Below are positions 38,916 through 50,378 of a stretch of DNA of 64,000 nt, one piece after another. The translations under genes were made by a program, and so were the position numbers. The notes beneath the pieces are model-generated. The model ran no database searches. It had not been told where the DNA came from and saw only the letters and a list, made by a program, of their open reading frames with translations. Where the stretch lies: NCBI RefSeq assembly GCF_004010195.1, contig NC_057750.1, positions 192,734 through 256,733 of the forward strand. The letters are read 5' to 3'. The first letter of the stretch is position 1. Each line of letters opens with the position of its first letter. Source of the DNA: Chiloscyllium plagiosum (taxonomy: Eukaryota).

Positions 38916-39231
38916 AAGTGAGGGGATTTTCTTCTGATAGCTTATCAAATAAAATGACAGAAGCATTTAATAAATACTTCAGCTTAGCATTCACTAAAGC
39001 GAAGGTGAATCCTGAAATGGATGAGAATAAAATCCAAACTTTTAAAATATATACAATAGGAGAATTTTAACACTGTGATGCGTCTATCATGAGGATTAAG
39101 TAATCGAACAACAAATGATGTTCAACCAATTGATAATGTTTTTAAAAAATTGGAATTGAGAGATGTTAGTTAACCAGAGGTAAGTTGGGATATGGGGTAA
39201 AGATCAAGAAATGGGGTTATGTCACAAATTG

Positions 39232-39372
39232 AAGAGAAAATGAGGTCTGCAGATGCTGGAGATCAGAGATGGAAATGTGTTGCTGGAGAAGCGCAGCAGG
39301 TCAGGCAGCATCTAGGGAACAGGAGAATCGACGTTTCGGGCATTAGCCCTTCTCCAGCAACACATTTCCATC
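39232..39372 (-). mobile_element. Fold-back mini-PLE (family A) with 14-bp TSD
   Basis: tatgtcacaaattg at 39218-39231 and 39373-39386; 25-bp perfect inverted arm. Confidence 0.87.
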
Positions 39373-39389
39373 TATGTCACAAATTGGCC

Positions 39390-40310
39390 TGACAGTGGTC
39401 CTGTTTGGCACTTCACCAGGTTGATATCTCATCTTCAGGTGCTGCTCCTGGCATGCCCTCCTGCACTCTCCATTGAACAAGGATTGATCCCCTGGTTTGA
39501 TGGTAATGGTTGAGTGAGGGATATGCTGGGTCATGAGGTTACAGATTGTGTTGGAATACAATTCTACTGCTGTTGATGGCCTACAGACTTCATGGAAGCC
39601 TAGCCTTCAGTTGTTAGATCTGTTCAAGGTCTGTCCCATTTAGCATGATGATAGTGCCACACAACACAATGGAGGGTGTTCTCAATGTGAAGGTTGGACT
39701 TGACCCCATGAGGATTGTGCAGTGGTCACTCTTACCGATACTGATGCAGATGGAATCATCTGTGGCCGGCAGATTTCTGAGTCTGAGGTCAAGTATGTTT
39801 TGCCCTCTTGTCAGTTCCCTCATCTTGATGATAGACATTGAAATCACCCAGAGTACACTCTATTTCCTTGTCACCTTTATTAGCTCATCCAAATGTTGTT
39901 CAACATGAGGAGTATTGACTCATCAGCCGAGGAAAGGTGCTACCTGATAATCAGCAGGAGGTTTCCTTGCCCATGTCTAACCTGAAGCCATGATTCAATG
40001 TTGAAGATTCCAGGCCAACTCCCTCCCGACTGTTTCTCACTGTGCTGCCACCGCTGCTGGGTCAGTCTTGCTGGTGGGAAAGGAGATATCCAGGGATGCT
40101 GATGGTGGGCCCTGGGACATTGTCTGAAGGTGTGATTCTATGAGTATGACTATGTCAAACTGCAGATTGACTAGTCTGTGAGACAGCTCTCCCAATTTTG
40201 TCGCTAGCCCCCAGATGTTAGTGAGGAAGGTGAGCAGGGTTGAGTTAACTATTGTTGCTTCCAATACTTAAGACAATATCAGGCAAGTCATCCGGTTTCA
40301 TTTAGTTCAT
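39390..40310 (-). mobile_element. Non-LTR family B, AP-endonuclease region
   Basis: TNIWGLATKLGEL..DIVILIESHL; TRGQNILDL; GKSDHCTI. Confidence 0.8.
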
Positions 40311-40367
40311 TAGGCTTTTATAATGGTTTGATACAACAGAGTCTCCTGCTTGGCAATTTCAGACAGC

Positions 40368-40498
40368 AGAGTCAAGGTTAGAGTGGTGCTGGAAAAGCAC
40401 AACAGGTCAGGCAGTATCCGAAGAGCAGGAAGATCGATGTTTCAGGCAAAAGCCCTTCATCAGAAAAGTCTCTAATCTCCAGCATCTGCAGTACCTAC
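40368..40498 (-). mobile_element. PLE family A terminal fragment with decayed hammerhead and inverted tail
   Basis: gatgtttcaggcaaaagcccttcatcag (reverse hammerhead) followed by forward tctccagcatctgcagtac. Confidence 0.75.
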
Positions 40499-40509
40499 CT
40501 CTGTATTTC

Positions 40510-40770
40510 AGGGAGCAGTTAAGAGTCAACAACTTTGCTATGGGTCTAGTGTCAAACGTGGGTAAGGGATGGTTTTCGTTCCTAAAGGACATGAATGAAA
40601 CAGTTGGGTTTTTACAATAATTAGCAGTGATTTTGTGGTCATCATTAGACTTTTAAATGTAAATCTTTATTGAACTCAAATTCCACATTTACCATGGCAG
40701 GACTGGAACCCACAGCCTGGGTCATGGGGTCAATATTGCAGCAACAAGACTATTCGACTAACACCTCTCC
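40510..40770 (-). mobile_element. SINE family B
   Basis: gcagttaagagtcaac..ttcctaaaggacatg..ccatggcaggactggaaccc. Confidence 0.7.
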
Positions 40771-42528
40771 CAAGAAGACATGTTACCTTAAATATAAATT
40801 TTGAATATCATTGCTTGGAAATGTGCAAATATCTTGAATTTTGTGGAAAAGGTATTGAAACCAAAAGATACTAGCTACAGCAACATTTGTAACAGCAAGC
40901 TGGTTTGATACAGGCATCGAGTCTGCAACACTTTCAGAGTGAAGTCACATAACCCATTTTGTGGGTGAAAAAATTTGAATTTGAACATAGAGTTTGAGAT
41001 AACTTGTCTTAGATGCAACGGCCTTTATTCCACTGTTTTTCCCCAAAAGCCCTTTCTTTGAAATGTGCATGTTGAAAATACCCTGGAGGACCTCAACACC
41101 ACAAGTGGAGAGTCCCTAATGGAAAAATCTCCATTGCTACAATCCAAAGTCCTTAAAGGAAAATTCTGATTTCCCTTCACTAGCTCCAGTTGAAGGTAAT
41201 TCAGCCAGCTATTCCTGATCCAGAATGCCAAAAAACCTGGATTTGGGACAATCTTGGCATTTATTTTTTCTGAACTTAATTGTTACTTGGCTATTTCACT
41301 TCAAGATAATGTACTTGTGTGATCCAAGTTTTATTTTGGAATGTAAACTGGAACATTAATATTTGGATGATGCCTGAGCGGCAGAGGGAGTTTTTGGAAC
41401 TTGAAAGTCAAAGAGGAACAATGTTGTACTTTATTTATCATTTACAACAGGTAAAGTGGCCTTTGCGAAAGCAGAAACATTTATGGAGAGATAAAATAGA
41501 TCTGTATCCCTCTCTCTCTCTCTCTCGGAAAAGAAAAACACAAATCCTTTCTAATTGTGGAGAAGTTTGCAATGAAGCAGGTCTCTCTCCCCACTTTCAC
41601 TGTGTTTAAAAGACAATGCTGAAAGAATCTGAAAGCTGAGCTAACTCAATTAAAGACCTAGGTCTAACTGACCAGCCACCTGAACAGAGGACTTTGTATC
41701 ACCTGCAGCTAACGGCAATGTGATTTCATTAAAGGGAAACTGAATGAATCATGAAAAAGTCATCTCAATCCTTCCTTGTTCTTTGAACTTCTGATCTTGA
41801 AAATTTTCTTTCTTTGCCTATTTTTTCTTACCCACAATAACTCTGCAGAAGTGTATTGATGTTTCAGGCAGGATAGAGAAGAAGGTAAAAGGGATGGAGG
41901 AGTTGCATTACTGGTCAGAGAGGGTATCACAGCTGTGCTGAAGGAGGGGACTGTGGAGAACTCGAGCAACGAGGCAATATGGGCAGAGCTCAGAAAGATG
42001 AAGGGTACAGTAACAATGTCAGGACTGTATTACAGGCCTCCCAACAGTGAATGCGAGATAGAGGTACAATTATGTAAACAGGTTATGGAAAGATATAGGA
42101 TCAACAGGGTGGTGGTGATAGGAGATTTTAATTTTCCCAACATTGACTGGGATTCACTAGATGTCCAACCCCGGAAGGGGCCTTACTGGACCTGGTGTTG
42201 GGAATGAGCCCAGCCAGGTAGGTGAAGTTTTAGTACGGGGTTACTCAGGGAATAGTGATCACAATTCTGTAAGTTTTAGGATACTCATTGACAGAGAGGA
42301 GTGTGGTCCTAAAGGAAGAGCTAAACTGGGGAAGGTCAACTATACCAATATTCGGCAGGAGCTGGGAATGTGGATTGGGAGCAGCCGTTTGAAGGTAAGT
42401 ACACATTTGATACATGGGAGGCTTTTAAAAAAAAGGTTGATTAGAGTTCAGGACAGATATGGCCCTGTGAAAATGAGGGATAGAAATGGCAAGATTAGGG
42501 AACCATGAATGGCGGGTGAAATTGTGAG

Positions 42529-43668
42529 CTGAAAATGTGCTGCTGGAACAGCGCAGCAGGTCAGGCAGCATCCAGGGAACAGGAGAATCGACGTTTTGGG
42601 CATAAGCTCTTCTTCAGGAATGAGGAAAGTGTGTCCAGCAGGCTAAGATAAAAGGTAGGGAGGAGGGACTTGGGGGAGGGGCGTCGGAAATGCGATAGGT
42701 GGAAAGAGGTCAAGGTGAAGGTGATAGGTCAGACTGGGGTGGGCGCGGAGAGGTCAGGAAGAAGATTGCAGGTTAGGAAGGCAGTGCTGAGTTCGATGGA
42801 TTTGACTGAGACANNNNNNNNNNNNNNNNNNNNNNNNNNNNNNNNNNNNNNNNNNNNNNNNNNNNNNNNNNNNNNNNNNNNNNNNNNNNNNNNNNNNNNN
42901 NNNNNNNNNNNNNNNNNNNNNNNNNNNNNNNNNNNNNNNNNNNNNNNNNNNNNNNNNNNNNNNNNNNNNNNNNNNNNNNNNNNNNNNNNNNNNNNNNNNN
43001 NNNNNNNNNNNNNNNNNNNNNNNNNNNNNNNNNNNNNNNNNNNNNNNNNNNNNNNNNNNNNNNNNNNNNNNNNNNNNNNNNNNNNNNNNNNNNNNNNNNN
43101 NNNNNNNNNNNNNNNNNNNNNNNNNNNNNNNNNNNNNNNNNNNNNNNNNNNNNNNNNNNNNNNNNNNNNNNNNNNNNNNNNNNTGCGCTGTACATGGGGA
43201 TTGGTGGGGTGGTAGGTGAGGACCAGTGGGGTTTTGTCCTGGTGGCGGTTGGAGGGGCGGGGTTCAAGGGCGGAGGAGCGGGATGTGGAAGAGATGCGGT
43301 GGAGGGCATCGTCGACCACGTCGGGGGGGATATTGCGGTCCTTGAAGAAGGAGGCCATCTGGGTTGTGCGTTTTTGGAACTGGTCCTCCTGGGAGCAGAT
43401 GCGGCGGAGTCGAAGGAATTGGGAGAATGGGATGGCATTTTTACAGGGGGCAGGGTGGGAGGAGGTGTAGTCCAGGTAGCTGTGGGAGTCGGTCGGTTTG
43501 TAGTAGATGTCCGTGTTGATTCGGTCGCCTGAGATAGAAATAGAAAGGTCGAGGAAGGGGAGGGAGGAATCTGAGACTGTCCAGGTGAATTTGATGTTGG
43601 GGTGGAAGGTGTTGGTGAAGTGGATGAACTGTTCAACCTCCTCGTGGGAGCATGAGGCGGCGGCGGCT
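42529..43668 (-). mobile_element. 5'-truncated Penelope-like element (family A; RT C-terminus/thumb, linker, terminal repeat) with 13-bp TSD
   Basis: TSD gtgaaattgtgag at 42516-42528 and 43669-43681; open frame FHPNIKFTW..LPFLDL..TDIYYKPTDSHSYLDYTSSHP..CKNAIPFSQFLRLRRICS; decayed hammerhead at 42586-42621; gap inside. Confidence 0.92.
42814..43183. other. Assembly gap (N run)
   Basis: Run of N. Confidence 1.
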
Positions 43669-45643
43669 GTGAAATTGTGAGACTAATTAAGAGGAAAAAG
43701 GAAGCCTGCAGAAGGTCTACGCGATTGAGAAAAATCAAAGGCTTGGAAGAATATCAGGAAAGTAGGACCAATCTGAAATGAGGAATTAAGAGGGCTAAAA
43801 GAAGTCATGAAATATCTTTAGCAAACAGAGTTAAGGAAAATCCCAGACCCTTTTCTTCATATATAAGGAGCAAGAGGGTAACTAGAGAAAGGGTTGGCCC
43901 ACTCAAGGACAAAGGAGGGAAGTTATGTGTGGAGTCAATGAAAATGGGTGAGATTTTTAATGACTACTTTGCGTCAGTATTCACCGAGGTAAGGGACATG
44001 ATGGATGTTGAGGTAAGGGATAGATGTTTGATTACTCTAGGTCAAGTCAGCAGAAGGAGGGAGGAGGTGTTGGGTATTCTAAAAGGCATTAAGGTGGACA
44101 AGTCCCCAGGTCCGGATGGAATCTATCCCAAGTTACTGAAGGAAACAAGAGAGGAAATATCTGGGGCCTTAATAATTACCTTTGCAGCATCTTTGAACAT
44201 GAGTAAGGTCCTGGAGGACAGGAAAATTGCTAATATTGTCCCCTCGTTTAAGAAGGGTGGCATTGATAATCCAGGTAATTATAGACTGGTAAGCCTAACA
44301 TCAGTGATAGGGAAGCTACTGGAGAAGATACTGAAAGATAGAATCTATTTATGTTTGGAAGAAAATAGGCTTATCAGTGATAGGCAGCATGGTTTTGTGC
44401 AGGAAAGGTCATGTTTTATTGACTTAATCGAATTCTTTGAGGAAGTGACAAAGTTGATTGATGAAAGAAGGGCTGTAGATGTCATATACATAGACTTCAG
44501 TAAGGTATTTGATAAGGTTCTCCATGGTAGGTTGATGGAGAAAGTGAAGTCCCATGGGGTCCAGGGTGTACTGGTTAGATGGATAGAGAACTGATTGAGC
44601 AACAGAAGGCAGAATGGTAGTGGAAGGAAGTTTCTCAAAATGGAGACCTGTGACCAATGGTGTTCCACAGAAATCCGTGTTGGGACCACTGTTGTTTGTG
44701 ATATACATAAATGATCTGGAGGAAGGTTTGGGTGGTCTGATTAGCAAGTTTGCAGATGACACTAAGATTGGTGGAGTAGCAGATAGTGAAGGGGACTCTC
44801 AGAGGAAAAGCAGAATATATATAGATTGGAGAGTTGGGCAGAGAGATGGCAAATGGAGTTCAAACCCAGCTAATGCGAGGTGATGCATTTTAGAAGATCC
44901 AATTCAAGAGCGAACTATGTGATAAATGGAAAAGTCCTGGGGAAAATTGATGTACAGAGAGATCTGGGTGTTCAAGTCCACTGCTCCCTGAAGGTGGCAA
45001 CGCAGGTAGATAGAGTGGTCAAGAAGGCATACGGCATGCTTTCATTCATCGGATGGGATATTGAGTTCAAGAGATGGCAGGTCATGTTACAGTTGGATTG
45101 GACTTTGGTTCGGCCACATTTGGAATACCGTGTACAGTTCTGGTTGCCACATTACCAAAAGGATGTGGATGCTTTGGAGAGGGTGCAGAGGAGGTTCACC
45201 AGGATGTTGCCTGGTATGGAGGGTGCTAGCTATGAAGAGAGGTTGATTAGATTAGGATTATTTTCATTAGAAAGATGGAATTTATGGGGTTGACCTGATT
45301 GAGGTCTACAAAATCATAAAAGATGTAAACAGGGTGGATAGCAAGAAGTTTTTTTTTACCAGAGTGGGGAACTCAATTACTTGGGGTCATGAGTTCAAGG
45401 TGAGAGGAGAAAAGTTTAAGGGAGATATACATGGACAGTTCTTTATGCAGAGGGTAGTGGGTGCCTGGAACGCGTTGCCGGCAGAGGTGGTAGAGGTGGG
45501 CACGATTGATCATTTAAGATGTATCTAGATAGATACATGAATGGGCAGGGAGCAGAGGGATACAGATCCTTGGAAAATAGGCAACAGGTTTAGATGGAGG
45601 ATCTGGATCGGCACAGGCTTGGAGGGCCAAAAGGCCTTTTCCG

Positions 45644-46349
45644 TCTAGTTCTGGACTACCCGATCCCAGGGAAAAGACTTTGTTTATTTATCCTATCCAT
45701 GCCCCTCATAATTTTGTAAACCTCTATATGTACATCCCTCAGCCTCCGACGCTCCAGGGAAAACAGCCCCAGCCTGTTCATCTTCTCCCTATAGCTCAAA
45801 CCCTCTAACCCTGGCAACATCCTTGTAAATCTTTTCTGAACCCTTTCAAGTTTCACAACATCTTTCCGATAGGAAGGAGACCAGAATTGCACGCAATATT
45901 CTAACAGTCTAACCACTGTCCCGTACAGCCACAACTTGACCTCCCAACTCCTGTACTCAATACTCTGAACAACAAAGGAAAGCATACCAAACACCTTCTA
46001 CACTATCCTATCTATCTACGACTCCTCTTTCAAGGAGCTATGAACCTGTACTCAAAGGTCTCTTTCTTCATCCACACTCCCTAGGACCTTACCATTAAGT
46101 GTACAAATCCTGCTAAGATTTGCTTTCCCAAAACCTCGCATTTATCTGAATTAAACTCCATCTGCCACTTCTCAGCCCATTGGCCCATCTGGTCCAGATC
46201 CTGTTGTATTCTAAGGTATCCCTCTTCGCTGTCCACTACACCTCCAATTTTGGTGTCATCTGCAAACTTACTAACTTTACCTCTTATGCTCACATCCAAA
46301 TCATTTATATAAATGATGAAAAGTAGTGGACCCAGTACTGATCCTTGTG
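45644..46349 (-). mobile_element. CR1 RT C-terminal fragment
   Basis: [40 protein letters not shown]. Confidence 0.92.
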
Positions 46350-46436
46350 TCATAATAAATAAATGTTTATATTTACTGATAAAACCTGGTGGGAGTCTAG
46401 TTTTCTGTCCTAGACAACAAAACATACTAGCTTGCA

Positions 46437-46760
46437 TTTGTGTGTGTGTGTGTGTGCACGCGCGCTTACGTGAGTATGTATAGATGTGTGAGTGTGTATG
46501 TTTGTGTGAACATACATGTATATGTACATGTCTGTGTGAATAGTGTGTATACACATATACATGTCTATATGAGCTCGTGCATCTGTATGTGCACGTTTGT
46601 GTATGTGTACATATACATGTGTGTATGTTTGTGCCTGTACATGTACATGTGTCTGAGACTGTGTGTGGGATGACCTGCACATGTGTTTGTGTATGTGTGT
46701 ATGTACATGTGTGCTCCTCTGTGCATGTGCGTATGTACATGTATATGTGTATGTGTGTTT
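46437..46760. repeat. Alternating purine-pyrimidine (GT/AT/AC) microsatellite
   Basis: Direct reading. Confidence 0.95.
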
Positions 46761-48300
46761 TTGTTTTTGTCTGAGAGACAGACTCTTGCTTCTGATACTC
46801 TGGGATATAAAATATGCTCAATATAGATACTTACATACTCGCCTCTATTTTAAAATTCAAACCTCTCAGTGACTATTACAGAATTGAGACAAGTAAAGAA
46901 TGGTTCACCTCTCCCAAGTGGGCCATAACAATCTCTTCGATATGTCTTGGGATCCTGAGGTAGGAAATTCTGGAAGCCTAGAAAGATTCTATTCAGTGTG
47001 AATAAAAGGAAATGAGCCACAGGAAGATGGAAGCAGGTGGATGAATGAATTTGCACTATTTACATCTGTGGGGTATAACTGACCCAGTCATACTGTGGCT
47101 GGGTACAGGTGACTCACAATGCTGCTGCCTGCACTGGATCTATGCTGGGGTCCTGGCCACTTAGGTTGTTGTTTGTATATCCCTTGCTCACTGTCCAGGA
47201 AGAGTAGAAAGATGGAAAGTTGGAATACGAGATCCCGAGGCAGGAGACAGAAATTCCACATCAGCAGCACTCTCCAAATATTAGGGAGTTAGGACTGAGT
47301 ACATGATGGTTGAAACTTTATTGCTGGAACAGCACAGCAGGTCAGGCAGCATCCACATGATGGGCAGTGTACAGTGTCTCATTCCCGACTGACCATGTTC
47401 TGCTCCTTCTGGGACACATGATGCTGACACAGAGTGCAGGAAGCCCAAGTCTAATCTGTTCTGTGGATCAAAAACCAACATCGGGACTTGATTCAAACCT
47501 TGGGCCCAGGATTCAGAGGGCAGCACGCCACAGTACAAAAATAAATCTGTTTGGAACTGTTGCATTTTGAATGTTGTAGTTTAACAGAGATAAAAGGAAT
47601 GCAACAGCTTCTCTAAATTCACTGAAAACAGAAGAATGTAAATAAGGCTAAGCAGACGTGCTGCACACTTAAACTAGGCTGTGCTCAGCATTTCAGTATC
47701 TTATTACTCCTGTCCATCTCTGCTGTTGATGTGTAATTAATAACTTAATAATTCATTCAGCACAGATGTCATGTCTATATAAGAGCTCATCTTGTATATT
47801 GTGTCCAAGACATAACCAATCTTAGGGCACCACAACACTGCCAGTTTGAAATGTCACTAACAAGGCACACAGCAGTTTATAACACACCAACTATTTGTCT
47901 AGCTGTCACCAGCTGCTTTGACCCAATGCCCTGAGAACTCACAGCTAGGGAGAAAGAAATGAAAATCCCCTTTACAGCACAATACTCAAACACAGGGCAT
48001 TATTTCCACTCAATGCCTATCATAATTGCCAAGGCAAATGAGCTCCTCTAATCAGGAAGGTGCAGCTAAGCTAAAGGTCAGGTCAGTATCTAATCAAGAA
48101 TGAAGATGAAAGAAGCCATAGAAGCTACATGACGTGTTGGTGGAATATTCTGTGTGAAGGCCACATTTTCAAATCATAATGTCATGGCCAGGGGCTCACA
48201 GAACAAATGGCTTTCTGAGCTGCAAAAACAAAACGCCTTTAGGTCCCTGAGGGAACGCTGCCCCAATAAGGTATACATACAACCTGTATACAATTTAATG

Positions 48301-48522
48301 TATACAGACACACAAACTCTACACCCTGTACATGTACAGGCACATAAGCTGCACACCCTGTACATCTACAGGCACTTAAGCTGCACACCCGGTATGTATA
48401 CAGGCACATAAACAGTACCACCTATACATCTACAGGCACACAAACTGTATATCCTGTTTGTCTACAGGCATATAAACTGTACACCCTGCATGCATGCAGG
48501 CACAAACTGTATGTGCTGTACA
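48301..48522. repeat. 32-bp minisatellite, ~7 diverged copies
   Basis: Unit ~ tctacaggcacataaactgtacaccctgtaca. Confidence 0.85.
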
Positions 48523-48545
48523 TATATGGACATACTATCCATATA

Positions 48546-48767
48546 CAAAAACAGAAATAGCTGGAAATCTTAGCAGGTCTGGCAGCATCTGTGGAGAGAA
48601 AATATTTTGGATTGACTGACCCTTCCTCAGAGTTCAGAGGAAGGGTCACTTGACACGAAACATTAACTCTGATTTCTCCCCACAGGTGCTGCCAGACCTG
48701 CTGAGCTTTTTCAGCTATTTCTGTTTTTGTTTCTGATTTACAGTATCTGGAGTTTTTTTGGGTTTTG
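48546..48767. mobile_element. Fold-back mini-PLE (family C) with decayed hammerheads
   Basis: aaaaacagaaatagctg..agcaggtctggcagcatctgtgg mirrored by ccacaggtgctgccagacctgct..cagctatttctgttttt; centre gagtt-CAGAGGA-A-GGGTC(ACTT)GACAC-GAAACATT-aactc. Confidence 0.78.
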
Positions 48768-48827
48768 CACAATCCATACACTCTGTATATAAAGAGACAC
48801 ATTATATGAATACTCTATATTCAAAAT

Positions 48828-48940
48828 AGACATACGCGCAAACACACACATATGCACAGACACACACACACACACAGTGTATGCATACACACATACAATC
48901 TGCATGTTGTGCGTGATGCACACATATGTACACAAACAAT
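48828..48940. repeat. (CA)n-rich microsatellite
   Basis: Direct reading. Confidence 0.9.
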
Positions 48941-50084
48941 CTGTGTACTGTGTATATTTGGATAATCTGTAGTTTGATATTTCAATGTTCAATGCAGTGT
49001 TTCAGTACCTCAATCCTCCGCTATTCCGTATAATATATGGGCTCAGACTTCTCTACCAGCTGTATAGGGAAGCTGTATTGTGTGCAATTATGATTGGTTC
49101 TGTATTGCACTGAGGTCTCCATTCTGTGTTTTAAGATGGTGCCTGTAGGAATGTGCTGAAAAGATTAAATCAGCCACCTTTGAGAAATTGATACAAGCTG
49201 GAATCATAACTTAGTCCAGTCTCAGTGCAGTTTTTATTTTCTGGTAGATAAATCTATTTGACTTGCAACCATACAAAGGAGATACATTTACTCTGACCTT
49301 GATATAATCAGGAAGGTAACAGATGAAGAAAGCCTTGGATTTTACCACAGGGAGTTTCTTACTGCTCAGCAATTGTAAGCTAATGTAAGCTAAGGGCATG
49401 GGTCACAGAAGGTTTCAGATATCATGGCCTATCGTGAAGGGTGCATTGCAGAGTGCAATTAGGAGAGTTGTCAATCAACCTGCTACTGCCCTTGTTAACT
49501 GCCACATCTCTCTCCCCACCACCCATCCGTCATTCCCCCCCCCCCGACCCCCAACCCCTCCTGTGGTCTTTACATCTTTGCATGCTTTGTTAGCTAATGT
49601 TATTTCCTCAAATCGAATTGTAAGTGAAACACGACATCAAGAAACCGTACTCTTTTCCCAGAATGATCAACAATTCCAACTTTCGCTTGCCATTCTGGAC
49701 AACCTGTTACAGCAAGATGCATTCCATTTTACGCGAGAGGTTTTGCGTACACTTGATGTACAAACCCACCCCACCCTCCCATTGTTCAGCCACTACCTGC
49801 CATATCACATTCCTACTCAACCTTAGTTTTTCATTCCACGGGTGGATATTTTCTTCATGGGTACCTTAGACCCCAGTGGAGAAGATCAAACACACCCTAC
49901 GGCAATGTCTAGTTAAGATTTACAAGAGTCTTAGGACATACCTACACAGAGCAGATGCAGTGTAGTGAATGACAAACCATTCTCACCAGTCCCACTGGCT
50001 CTGTTTTGCACTTGGCCTCAGTGGTATTTCTGTTTGCAATTTTCCAAGCCTTTCAGTGGTATTTACAGTGACATGTATGACCCT

Positions 50085-50378
50085 TGAGCAAATGGTCAAT
50101 TATAAGGGGGCATAAGTTTCAAGTGAAAGGCAGGAGGTTGAGAGGGGAATTGATGAAACATCCTTCCCCTGAGAAGGTGGTGGGAGTCTGTGATGCACTG
50201 CCTGGGAAGGGAATTGAAGCAGGAAATCTCACAGCTTTTAATAAGTACTTGGATGAGCATTCTCAAAGTGTCATAATATTTAAGGGCTTAATGTGGGAAA
50301 GATGAACTAGTGTGGGTAGAAATGTATTTCTGGTAGTACAGACTCAATGGGCTGAAGGACCTCATGATTCTATGATCT
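50085..50378 (+). mobile_element. CR1 3' fragment
   Basis: RGHKFQVKGRRLRG..VVGVCDALP; gattctatgat tail. Confidence 0.8.

Larger units (their letters stand above)
41852..45642 (+). mobile_element. Long decayed CR1 LINE ORF2 (AP endonuclease + RT + 3' UTR), interrupted by a PLE
   Basis: [72 protein letters not shown]; multiple stops and frameshifts. Confidence 0.95.

Noticed and set aside
42773..43738. Pro/Ser/Thr-rich 321-aa ORF
   Set aside because: Alternative frame of the GC-rich PLE plus the gap.
46081..46872. His/Thr- and Cys/Val-rich ORFs, one fused to RT motifs
   Set aside because: Read-through of a microsatellite into a CR1 fragment.
48301..48522. CRISPR-like periodicity
   Set aside because: Contiguous diverged units without unique spacers in a eukaryotic context; this is a minisatellite.
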